The notes under the pieces are model-generated. The model had not been told where the DNA came from and did no database searches. It was given only the letters and a program-made list of their open reading frames with translations. The translations under genes were made by a program, and so were the position numbers. A stretch of DNA of 64,000 nucleotides from Pirellula sp. (lineage in GTDB: Bacteria; Planctomycetota; Planctomycetia; Pirellulales; Pirellulaceae): positions 5,318-69,317 of the forward strand of contig JANMGH010000130.1 of NCBI GenBank assembly GCA_031374515.1, written 5' to 3'. Shown here in pieces: positions 10,013-18,685 of the stretch (position 1 is its first letter; every line of letters starts with the position of its first letter).

Positions 10013-10540
10013 TCAATCTAGTTGTAGTGCTTGGACGTCAATCGGGTTTTCGCCAATCCGACCGATTTGGTCAGGTGGGCGACGACTGCCAAAACTGGGC
10101 CAACCGCCGATTTCGGCTAGCTCAGGCATCAGCTCGATCATTTGCTCACGTAGCATGGTCGTTAAACGAGCCACTCTTGGTGAGGCAGCAACTTCTGTTA
10201 GTGCAACCACCGTCTTCATTACTTTCACCATCGCCGCCCTCGAATGAACAGGATCGGATAGTTCGCTGTCGTGATCTACCAGGAGATTTTCGACGGGAAC
10301 TTCCAAAGCTTTTGCCCAACCGTAAAGTTCCTTCAGAGTCAAATTCGAATTGGGCAACTCCTGTTGTCTCAATTTCTGAACATCGACCCCTGTCCTTCGA
10401 GAAATCGCCCGTAACGACAACCCTTGTTGTGTTCGAACTTCGGCAATCCGATGCAATGAAATGCGATCGCACAAAATGTTGGCCTCACGCACCGTTGGCA
10501 AGCAATCAGTAGATCGCGTGCACACCGGACCTGTTGCCAT
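10013..10540 (-). CDS. XRE-family helix-turn-helix transcriptional regulator
   Basis: IAEVRTQQGLSLRAISRRTGVDVQKLRQQE HTH segment near the N-terminus. C-terminal domain not recognised. Confidence 0.7.
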   Translation of the reverse strand: MATGPVCTRSTDCLPTVREANILCDRISLHRIAEVRTQQGLSLRAISRRTGVDVQKLRQQELPNSNLTLKELYGWAKALEVPVENLLVDHDSELSDPVHSRAAMVKVMKTVVALTEVAASPRVARLTTMLREQMIELMPELAEIGGWPSFGSRRPPDQIGRIGENPIDVQALQLD

Positions 10541-10769
10541 GGGAAATGGGTACTCCTTAATCTGACGAACGAAACCCTAGAGGAACGACGCAACAAATGC
10601 GTCGCTTTTCTTATAGATTCATCTAATAGCGATAGAGTTCCAAAGACAAGCCCTCAAATTCAGACAAAGACGAAATAGTTTGAATTGGGCGTTAGCGATT
10701 GTGGTTAACACTCCCCCCCCAGTCCACTACCCTTAGATGGGTCGATGCGATACATTATTATTTCGCGAT

Positions 10770-10852
10770 GTCGCTGTGGCGAAATGGCAGACGCAGCAGA
10801 TTTAAAATCTGCTGGGGGAAACCCCGTGCGGGTTCGAGTCCCGCCAGCGGCA
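10770..10852 (+). tRNA. tRNA-Leu (anticodon UAA), class II with long variable arm
   Basis: Hand-folded. Acceptor GTCGCTG/CAGCGGC (one G-U pair). 3-bp D stem. Anticodon stem GCAGA/TCTGC with loop TTTAAAA. Variable arm GGGG-GAAA-CCCC. T arm GCGGG-TTCGAGT-CCCGC. Discriminator A. CCA not encoded. Confidence 0.9.
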
Positions 10853-11141
10853 TCTTTTGTATTGGAGGAAAATTGATAGCTTAGGCGATGCCGATAGAAC
10901 TCGCTTCCCTTAAGACTGGCGAAATTTTGAATGCCTCCGCAGGTCTTAGGGGAAAGGGTGTTCATGCCCAAGATCTGACTTTCGCGACTGGCAGAACCAC
11001 ACTAACCCTAGAGTTTAAGACGGACAAAAAAAAATCTTGAAGGGCTAGTTCTTTGCTACCTGCTAGCAGCGAGAAACGCGAGAAATGGGGGATCGACGAT
11101 TTGATTCCAACTCATCACTGACCTCTTCCAGAAAGGTAAAA

Positions 11142-11579
11142 ATGGTAGCCGCGCGATGGATCGTTTTTTTTGCCTCTATTTCCTGCTTCGTGTGCGTTGG
11201 GATTGGGGCCATGGGTGCGCATTCGTTACCATCAATACTTCGCGATTCCGGGTTATTAGAAACCGAAGTTCAGAAGAAAATCGATCAATGCGAAACGGCG
11301 GTTAAGTACCACATGTATCATTCGCTTGCAATTCTCGGCCTAGGACTTTGTCCTGCCACTCAATCGAAGCGATCCTTCCGTATGGCATGTATACTGTTTT
11401 TTCTCGGCATATGCCTTTTTTCTGGTGGGCTATACAGCATGGTCTATCTGAATCGCATGGGGCACTGGAGCATCGTACCCCTGGGGGGGGCCACGCTGAT
11501 GATTGCTTGGTTGACACTTGGAATCGGCGCTGTTTTTCCAGGCAATTCGATTCTTAGTACTGGCAAACTTGCTCGGTAG
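11142..11579 (+). CDS. DUF423 (YgdD/TMEM256-like) membrane protein
   Basis: Four hydrophobic helices and the GAMGAH motif. ORF 11085..11579 trimmed to the ATG at 11142. Confidence 0.75.
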   Translation: MVAARWIVFFASISCFVCVGIGAMGAHSLPSILRDSGLLETEVQKKIDQCETAVKYHMYHSLAILGLGLCPATQSKRSFRMACILFFLGICLFSGGLYSMVYLNRMGHWSIVPLGGATLMIAWLTLGIGAVFPGNSILSTGKLAR

Positions 11580-11638
11580 CTTCAATACTTAGACAATGGC
11601 TTTTGTCGGAAGTTTTGCTTCAACCCAAAAACGATGAG

Positions 11639-12790
11639 ATGAAAATGCGATTGACAACTCGGATACCCAAGTCTCTTGCAAAATGGACACTGTGCGTCTG
11701 CATTGCTATGGCAGGCTGCTTGGCGACAAATTCACAAGTCTATGGGCATGATCCCTTTCGACACCACGGATGTTTCGGATTTGCTGGCTGGGGATCGCAC
11801 TACTACGGAGGTCATTCCAGTTATTATGGATTCCGTTCCGTTTATGCATATCCGTCATTCTCATTCGGCTTTGTGCCTCGATACTACTCGGTAAGCTATT
11901 ACACCCCGGCTTTTTTTGCTCCAGCTTACTACTCGCCAGTCTATTACACACCTACGTATTACACACCTACGTACTACTCGCCTACGTATTATGCTCCAGC
12001 CTGCAACTCATGGAGCAGCATAGAGTACAACACGAGCACACCGCTCGCGTCCAGTACTGTCCCCCGCTATTCAGCTTTTTCTGAAACCGCACTTGCAGGT
12101 TCGAAGCCAACGAGCAGCCCTTTAGCGATGCAGTCTCGCGCATTCCAAACTCGGTCATCTCTGACTGAACTCCCCGTTGCGAAACAAACAATGCCTGAAT
12201 TGGTCAACGGCCTTTCGGTATCGAATGAGAAAGCGGTGCAATTGGTTTCCCACAAACCTGCACTGCTACAGCCTTATTCCCCAATTTGGACCAAAGCTGC
12301 AGTTGGAATCGTAGACGAAATGATCGCGGCAGGAGAATTTGAGCATGCTCATTCATCATGCAAAAGCATGGAACGAATCACGCAGCCCAAAGGGGCTGGA
12401 GTCTATTTGCGTCAAGCACTATTGAGCTTTTTTTCAGCCGATTCGAATGCATCGAAACCATCGACCGAAGAAGTTCTCAATTTGCTTGAAATGGCGTGTC
12501 ATGCTGGTAGTCAGGTCAATCCGAGCGAATTGGACAAGGCTTCCCTTCGCAGCTACTTCTCTGCGTGCCTGGTGGACGTGAGCGAATCGATGAATAAACT
12601 TTCTCAGTCTGTTTTGGAGTCCCCAAAAAATGCAGCCGAGGATTTGCTGTTGCTGTCTGCACTGCTAAAACTCGATGGCCAATCGGAACGTGCAAGATTG
12701 TTTGCAACGGAAGTTGACTCGATGAATGCAAGCGGTCATTTGTTTAAGTGGCAAAGTCTTTTGCACGCATGCCTCAACCAGACCTTATGA
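11639..12790 (+). CDS. Tyr/Pro-repeat lipoprotein, function unknown
   Basis: Signal peptide with lipobox-like IAMAGC. Low-complexity block YYTPAFFAPAYYSPVYYTPTYYTPTYYSPTYYAP. Helical C-terminal half. Confidence 0.7.
   Translation: MKMRLTTRIPKSLAKWTLCVCIAMAGCLATNSQVYGHDPFRHHGCFGFAGWGSHYYGGHSSYYGFRSVYAYPSFSFGFVPRYYSVSYYTPAFFAPAYYSPVYYTPTYYTPTYYSPTYYAPACNSWSSIEYNTSTPLASSTVPRYSAFSETALAGSKPTSSPLAMQSRAFQTRSSLTELPVAKQTMPELVNGLSVSNEKAVQLVSHKPALLQPYSPIWTKAAVGIVDEMIAAGEFEHAHSSCKSMERITQPKGAGVYLRQALLSFFSADSNASKPSTEEVLNLLEMACHAGSQVNPSELDKASLRSYFSACLVDVSESMNKLSQSVLESPKNAAEDLLLLSALLKLDGQSERARLFATEVDSMNASGHLFKWQSLLHACLNQTL
11942..12001 (+). repeat. 15-bp in-frame tandem repeat (TATTACACACCTACG x ~4)
   Basis: Two identical units followed by two diverged units. 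Encodes YYTPT/YYSPT/YYAPA. Confidence 0.7.
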
Positions 12791-12906
12791 TAGTCTAGTA
12801 CAGTAAATCGACTGTCTCGTTCGTTCTCAACTCGTGTTCAAAGGCACTACTGGACAGCGATCGAATCGGCAATTTCGACAACTGGATTCAATTCCAAGGT
12901 GTTTTT

Positions 12907-14322
12907 ATGCAGAATCGATTCGCAAACTTTACTAAAAGTCTGTTCATTTGCCTGGTATCGGTCCATGTGGCCTCGAATGCAACTGCAGACGAAACGCGTC
13001 CCAACATTGTTTTCATCGCGATCGATGATCTCAACGATTGGATAGGTTGCCTGGGCGGGAACCTCGACGCAAAGACCCCAAATCTCGATCGCCTTGCTAA
13101 ACGCGGGATGCTTTTTCGCAACGCCCACTGTCAAGTGCCCGTATGCATGGCCTCGCGAGTCGCTGTCTTTTCTGGCAAGCTCGCATCGACGACCGGATGT
13201 TACGAATTCAATGCCGATTTCCATCAAGCCCCTTCGTTGGCAAAAGACCTACCGATCCCGCTCTTATTTGGAAAAAATGGATACAAGACGATCGGCGGCG
13301 GGAAATTGCTGCACACTGGCTTTCAAGGTCATTTGGCTGAGACTCTCGATATTACCTTTACCAAAGGGAACAACCCATCACCCAAAAAATCGATGAATTG
13401 GCCGGTGAAGGTTTGGGATTTCGGCCCTTATCCGGAACGCGAAAATGAGATGGGCGATTTCCAACTCGCCCTTGAAGCCAGCGAGTTTCTGAATCGAAAA
13501 CAAACAGATCCGTTTTTTCTTGCAACTGGCTTCCATCGGCCGCACGTTCCACTGTACGTACCAAAAAAATGGTACGACCTTTACGACCGAGACAAATTAA
13601 CGCTGCCCGCTTGCCCAGTCGACGACATGAACGATATCCCAGAGAGTGATATTACTCGACAAAAAGCTGTTGCACCCTCGCATGCACAAGTTTTGAAGGC
13701 AGATAAATGGCGAGATTTTGTACATGCCTATCTTGCATGCATCAGCTTCGTGGACCATTGCGTCGGAATGGTGGCCGATGCGGCTTTGGATGGTCCTAAC
13801 AAAGACAACACCATAGTTGTACTTTGGAGTGATCACGGTTTTCATCTAGGCGAAAAGCAGCATTGGGCCAAACGAACACTTTGGGAAGAGTCCACTCGTG
13901 TCCCTCTGATGTTTTCGGGCAAGGGAATTCCAGTGGGAGCAACATCCGATGCTGCAGTAGGGTTGATCGACATGTTCCCGACCCTGGTTGCATTGGCAAA
14001 GCTACCCACAACACAACAGTTTGATGGGAAAAGTCTATTGCCTCTCATTAATGATCCTACAACGAAATGGGAGCATGCGGTCGTTTCCACGTGGATGCCG
14101 AACAACCATTGCGTCATTAAGGACCACTGGCGGTATATCAGGTACAAGGAGGGGACCGAGGAAATGTACGACATGCGTAACGACCAAGCTCAGTTCACCA
14201 ACCTGGCAAACGATCCAAAATTTACCAATTTAAAAAAAGAATTAGCCGCCTTTCTGCCCATACAGAACGCTCCCCTGGTACAGATACCGCGAGAGAAAAA
14301 AGCGAAAGGCGATGGTGACTGA
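12907..14322 (+). CDS. sulfatase (iduronate-2-sulfatase-like)
   Basis: Signal peptide, NIVFIAIDDLNDW, formylglycine motif C-M-A-S-R in CQVPVCMASRVAVFSG, WSDHGFHLGE. Confidence 0.9.
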   Translation: MQNRFANFTKSLFICLVSVHVASNATADETRPNIVFIAIDDLNDWIGCLGGNLDAKTPNLDRLAKRGMLFRNAHCQVPVCMASRVAVFSGKLASTTGCYEFNADFHQAPSLAKDLPIPLLFGKNGYKTIGGGKLLHTGFQGHLAETLDITFTKGNNPSPKKSMNWPVKVWDFGPYPERENEMGDFQLALEASEFLNRKQTDPFFLATGFHRPHVPLYVPKKWYDLYDRDKLTLPACPVDDMNDIPESDITRQKAVAPSHAQVLKADKWRDFVHAYLACISFVDHCVGMVADAALDGPNKDNTIVVLWSDHGFHLGEKQHWAKRTLWEESTRVPLMFSGKGIPVGATSDAAVGLIDMFPTLVALAKLPTTQQFDGKSLLPLINDPTTKWEHAVVSTWMPNNHCVIKDHWRYIRYKEGTEEMYDMRNDQAQFTNLANDPKFTNLKKELAAFLPIQNAPLVQIPREKKAKGDGD

Positions 14323-14324
14323 AT

Positions 14325-14504
14325 TTGAATCCGACTAGGAATTCGATAGCATGGATTCTGTTCCTAATTGCAGGCACTCTTGTTGCAGCAGATCGGCAAC
14401 ATTACTTTGTTGTCAAATTAACAGACGATCAAGGGTATGGTGACGTTGGCTGTTTTGGCGCACGAGACCTAGCCTGGACTATTCATACGACAATCAATGA
14501 TTAA
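14325..14504 (+). pseudogene. N-terminal sulfatase fragment (59 codons)
   Basis: My translation: (TTG)NPTRNSIAWILFLIAGTLVAADRQHYFVVKLTDDQGYGDVGCFGARDLAWTIHTTIND*. It has a signal peptide and the DDxGYGDxGCxG sulfatase motif, then stops. It is below the 60-aa ORF-track cutoff. Confidence 0.6.
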
Positions 14505-14510
14505 TCCGCG

Positions 14511-14581
14511 ATAGCGCGTTTCGGCTGATTTTGTAGAGGGACGCCGTGCTGAGCGCCGAAATTCTTGACGAGTTTCGCTGC
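14511..14581. repeat. R1 repeat, decayed copy
   Basis: ATAGCGCGTTTCGGC ... GCCGAAATTCTTGACGAGTTTCGCTGC. The right arm is almost identical to the 35809-35835 arm and the left arm has a deletion. Confidence 0.45.
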
Positions 14582-14926
14582 AACGCTGTTGAGGCGTGAG
14601 TATCGCGAACACTATTGCGTCAATCGATGGCGAAGGTCCCGATCATCTTGCCGAATGCCTAGGTGCTGAACCGACGCTTCGGAGTATACATTCGTCGGAC
14701 TGTTGGCGCAGCATGTTGCTACCATGTGCACAGAGCATACTGACCAACATCTACGGAGACCCTTTTTCGCAAAGTCCTGCGGCAGGTGATTTTCCCACGG
14801 TAGCTTATTAAGCAGTACATCAGATGATTAAACTTTCTTACTTAGATTGATAAAAGAGCGAGCGAGCCGGTAACGTCAACAGTATAAATACGGTAGCCTG
14901 TTACTTTGCTAACCTCGGAGTGGTTA

Positions 14927-16489
14927 ATGCTCGACATCGTACTAATCAATCCCCGTTTCGAAGTAAGTTATTGGGGGCTTGAGCATGCCTTGCCCTTTCT
15001 AGGGAAGAAGGCCAACCTGCCGGTTGCTTGCTTGCCGCTTTTGGCTGCGCTAACGCCCAGCGAGCATCAAATCACACTCGTCGACGAGAACGTCGAAGAG
15101 ATTGATTATGACAGACTGGAACAAGCGCACATCGTAGGTTTGACAGGCATGAGCGTGCAGCGTGCGCGTATGCGTGAGATCCTTGAAGAATTGCGCCGGC
15201 GAGGAATTTTTGCAGTCGTAGGTGGCCCATGGGTCAGCGTTAGCGAAGAGTATTTTGGAAACTTAGCCGAAGTCATCTTTGTAGGTGAAGCGGAAGAGAC
15301 GTGGCCCCAGTTTCTTTTGGACTTCCAGTCAGGTAGTTGGGAAAAGCGGTACGAGCAAGCTAGCAAAACAGACATGCTCCTAGTCCCTGCACCACGCTAC
15401 GACTTGATAAAGACTCAACACTACCTGTTTGGCAGCGTCCAATTTTCCCGCGGCTGCCCGTTTCAATGTGAATTTTGCGACATCATTGTCACGTTTGGAA
15501 GACGGCCTCGCATCAAATCGTCTCATCAGATTCTGGTAGAACTCGACCAATTGCTTGTCAGGAATTTGCGGATTGCGTTCATCGTGGACGATAATTTGAT
15601 CGGCAATAAGGTTCAGATCAAGAAAGTTCTGCGAGATGTTGCTCACTGGCAGCGATCGAAGGGATTTCCATTAACGTTTTTCACCGAAGCGTCTCTTGAT
15701 CTTGCCGATGACGACGAGTTGATGCAATTGATGGTCGACTGCAACATTCAAACTGTCTTTATTGGAATCGAAAGTCCAAATGAAGCATCGCTCCGAGAAA
15801 CCAAGAAAATCCAAAACGTCCGTAACACGGGCACTCTCATCGAGAAAATCCACCGAGTCCAAAATGCGGGGATGGATGTATGGTGCGGGATGATTGTTGG
15901 CTTCGACAGCGATGATTTGACCATTTTTGATGCCCAGATCGAGTTTTTGCAAGAGGCTCGTATCTTGCACGCTATGGTCGGCATGTTGCACGCAATTCCC
16001 AAGACGCCTCTCTACGCACGATTGAAGGCCGAAGGCCGGCTAGACGAAAGTGACACCTCCGAGTTTGGCACCAATGTAATCCCCCGTCAGCTTTCTCGCG
16101 AATCGCTCCGCGATGGGTATCTGTCCGTAATGCAGAAACTCTATGAGCCCGCTGGTTACTTTGATCGACTTGAGTCCCTTTTTTTAAGCGGCAATTTTCG
16201 CTTTGGACAAGCGCGTGAAAAGTATTGGCGAGAACACCCTTGGATAGGGCTAAAAGAACGAGCACGTTTTGGAATACTCGCGTTTGGATTGTTGACACGC
16301 TTGATGTGGAGTATACCGCAAGTCACCCTTCGTAAAGAATATCGGAAGCGGATCGCAAGATTGCTTCGGGTAAACCGGGATCCATCGGTCCTGTTTGTTT
16401 ATGTAATCAAGTGTGCCATGCATTACCACCATCACTCGCTCGCAACAAATATGTCTGATCGACGTTCAAAGGTTGTCAATACTTTCTAA
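14927..16489 (+). CDS. B12-binding-domain radical SAM protein (class B, DUF4070-type C-terminus)
   Basis: N-terminal cobalamin-binding-like region. CxxxCxxC in FSRGCPFQCEFCDI. The ATG at 14927 follows GGAG. Substrate unknown. Confidence 0.85.
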   Translation: MLDIVLINPRFEVSYWGLEHALPFLGKKANLPVACLPLLAALTPSEHQITLVDENVEEIDYDRLEQAHIVGLTGMSVQRARMREILEELRRRGIFAVVGGPWVSVSEEYFGNLAEVIFVGEAEETWPQFLLDFQSGSWEKRYEQASKTDMLLVPAPRYDLIKTQHYLFGSVQFSRGCPFQCEFCDIIVTFGRRPRIKSSHQILVELDQLLVRNLRIAFIVDDNLIGNKVQIKKVLRDVAHWQRSKGFPLTFFTEASLDLADDDELMQLMVDCNIQTVFIGIESPNEASLRETKKIQNVRNTGTLIEKIHRVQNAGMDVWCGMIVGFDSDDLTIFDAQIEFLQEARILHAMVGMLHAIPKTPLYARLKAEGRLDESDTSEFGTNVIPRQLSRESLRDGYLSVMQKLYEPAGYFDRLESLFLSGNFRFGQAREKYWREHPWIGLKERARFGILAFGLLTRLMWSIPQVTLRKEYRKRIARLLRVNRDPSVLFVYVIKCAMHYHHHSLATNMSDRRSKVVNTF

Positions 16490-16641
16490 CACGCAGATCG
16501 GCCCGTTCCAGCTGCGAAAGGGTGCGAAAAACTGTCCGACTGCGATGGCTCATTTGCCGTCCAAGTTTGGTTAAACTACATGTGTTCTATACGATTCACG
16601 AGCGAGTCATCCCAGGCCCCACTTATCAGGAAAGTGATCCG

Positions 16642-18066
16642 ATGAGCGTCAAATTGATCCGTGCTTCCCGCTTTTTGATTTTTGCCTTTCTAACGTCTGT
16701 GTGCTCGACCTCGAATGCTCGATGGACTGAGGACGATACGGCGAAGCCGCCGACCGATCCCGTAGAAGTCCTTTCGATCCAATCGATCTTGGTAGATACC
16801 AATGGTCAGCCCATACAGGATGTAGCTGCTACCGTATTTGGCTTACGATGCTTGGAGGACAAAGGTAGTTGGTACGGATGGCCATCTAACAATATCGGCG
16901 AGGTGCAAGACTCCAAGTCGCGAGCGGATGGAGGGATCGATTTTCGCTATCCAGTAAAATACGGCGTACCCGAAAAATGGCTGACAACATCGACGCTCGA
17001 TATCACTCTGATTCATCCAGAGTTCGTCCCACATAGATTGGAGATCAGTTTGGAAAAGGTTCCTGAAAAGATAGTGCTAACGTCCGGTTGCAAAGTCACC
17101 TTTAGCGCTATCGACGAGAATGGAACAGCAATTGACCGTCTTTTTCCGATGGTGCCGGGGCTTGCCTTTGCACCAAAATGGGAGTTTACCAAGGGAAGTG
17201 CCCGATCAGGCGGTTTGCCTGCCAGCAAACACATGTGCATGCTTGCCAGTCCAAACAGCACTGGAACCCGGTTTAGTAAGCTCTTTCAGTTCGAGACGAC
17301 GCTCGATCGCGAAGTTTCTATTCCAAACATTATCGTTCGACCGGGTAGGAGAGTTTTTGGGAAGTTGCCAACGAACGTCCCACGTCCGATTGTCGATGGA
17401 AGCGTTTCTATAGAAGTCATAATGGAGGGTGACGAGCCTCTTGGTGGGGCCAAACCAGTAGGCTGGTCAGATTGGTGCACGATTGCAGAAGACGGGAGTT
17501 TCGAATTCAATTCGGTGCCCGGCCCATCCCAAGTCCAAGTGATTGCGATTTGCCGAGGTTGGCTCATACAGTCGCTTGACAAGAACAACAATCGCGTCAG
17601 TGGAAAGACATTTGATTTGAAGAAGGAGCATTCCGAGTTGGAAGTCGACTTTGAAATGGAACAAACCGGCAACGTCCGTATAGAACTGATGACAACGGAC
17701 GGCGAAAGCGTCACGGGTGCGAAAGTCTCGACTTGGCCAAACAAAGTGAATCTGTCGGGTGGTTCGCGGACGCTTGCAAACCTCTGGCGAACGACAGACT
17801 ATCTTGAAGCACTCTTTAAGGGCGAAAGAACGCGGGCTTTTAGAGAATCACCACTCAATCGACACCACCAAATATCGGATAGCGAAGGGGTCGTAACGTT
17901 GTTTGACATTCCTGCCGGTATGCATGAGTCGATAAACGTTCAACATCCGCTTTATGACTTGCCCTACGAGATCGGAACGGTGCGAAACGACGTTAAATAT
18001 CGAGTCAATGCCGGAGAAACAGTAGAACGTTTACTCATTTTGCAGAAGCGAGAATCGGCCAAATAG
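16642..18066 (+). CDS. secreted hypothetical protein (beta-sandwich-rich)
   Basis: ORF 16522..18066 trimmed to the ATG at 16642, which precedes the signal peptide MSVKLIRASRFLIFAFLTSVCS. No family recognised. Confidence 0.7.
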   Translation: MSVKLIRASRFLIFAFLTSVCSTSNARWTEDDTAKPPTDPVEVLSIQSILVDTNGQPIQDVAATVFGLRCLEDKGSWYGWPSNNIGEVQDSKSRADGGIDFRYPVKYGVPEKWLTTSTLDITLIHPEFVPHRLEISLEKVPEKIVLTSGCKVTFSAIDENGTAIDRLFPMVPGLAFAPKWEFTKGSARSGGLPASKHMCMLASPNSTGTRFSKLFQFETTLDREVSIPNIIVRPGRRVFGKLPTNVPRPIVDGSVSIEVIMEGDEPLGGAKPVGWSDWCTIAEDGSFEFNSVPGPSQVQVIAICRGWLIQSLDKNNNRVSGKTFDLKKEHSELEVDFEMEQTGNVRIELMTTDGESVTGAKVSTWPNKVNLSGGSRTLANLWRTTDYLEALFKGERTRAFRESPLNRHHQISDSEGVVTLFDIPAGMHESINVQHPLYDLPYEIGTVRNDVKYRVNAGETVERLLILQKRESAK

Positions 18067-18685
18067 ACTGCCGCAATTGCACCTTGCATTCGATGTCAAT
18101 CAACCGAATCGCCATTCACGTCAAACTCATGGTAAGACCGAGCTTCTACATCTCCCTTTGTCGAAATTCTCGCGTCGGCTTCATTTTCGTCCTCAACTAG
18201 TGTACGACAAACGAGACCAAGGGCCTGAATCGCTCGCAGTTCAAAATCATCCTGGCGCCTGCTGTTTTCCCGCCGCAAATCATCCAGCCGCGTGTCGCTG
18301 AGGTCGCCAACTGCGAAGGCTCATAATTCCATTTGGCTCGGACAGGGCGTGCTATGGTCACTTGTCATTTACGGTAGTCCACGAGTTGAAAGGGCCATGC
18401 GCTTCCGCAATCATTCTAACGCAAGTTCGTTACACGTCCCACACATCGTACGTATTGACAGCGAACAGGAAGGATCTCTGCGACAGCCGGACAAGCTAGC
18501 GAAACGAGATACAAAGCCACAATGGGAATCCACCTCCAGCGAACTACCATTGCAAAACTCCTGTTAACCATCAATATGTTTAATGGATGCGGGATAATTT
18601 CTATATTGAGTCGCAACCTTTTGTGACTCCTGCTCCAGACAGATCAAACAACTGCGAAAACGAATGACTTGGTTGCAGGATGTGC

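Noticed and set aside
10770-11141. tRNA-Leu as the attachment site of a genomic island
   Set aside because: There is no integrase, no direct repeat of the tRNA 3' end that I could find, and ordinary housekeeping-type genes lie on both sides.
14596-14811. 71-codon ORF upstream of the radical SAM gene as a RiPP precursor
   Set aside because: It has a GTG start without a visible Shine-Dalgarno sequence, no Cys/Ser/Thr-rich or repetitive core, and a 115-nt gap to the enzyme gene. No protease, transporter or RiPP-recognition-element protein is nearby. It is kept only as a speculative remark.
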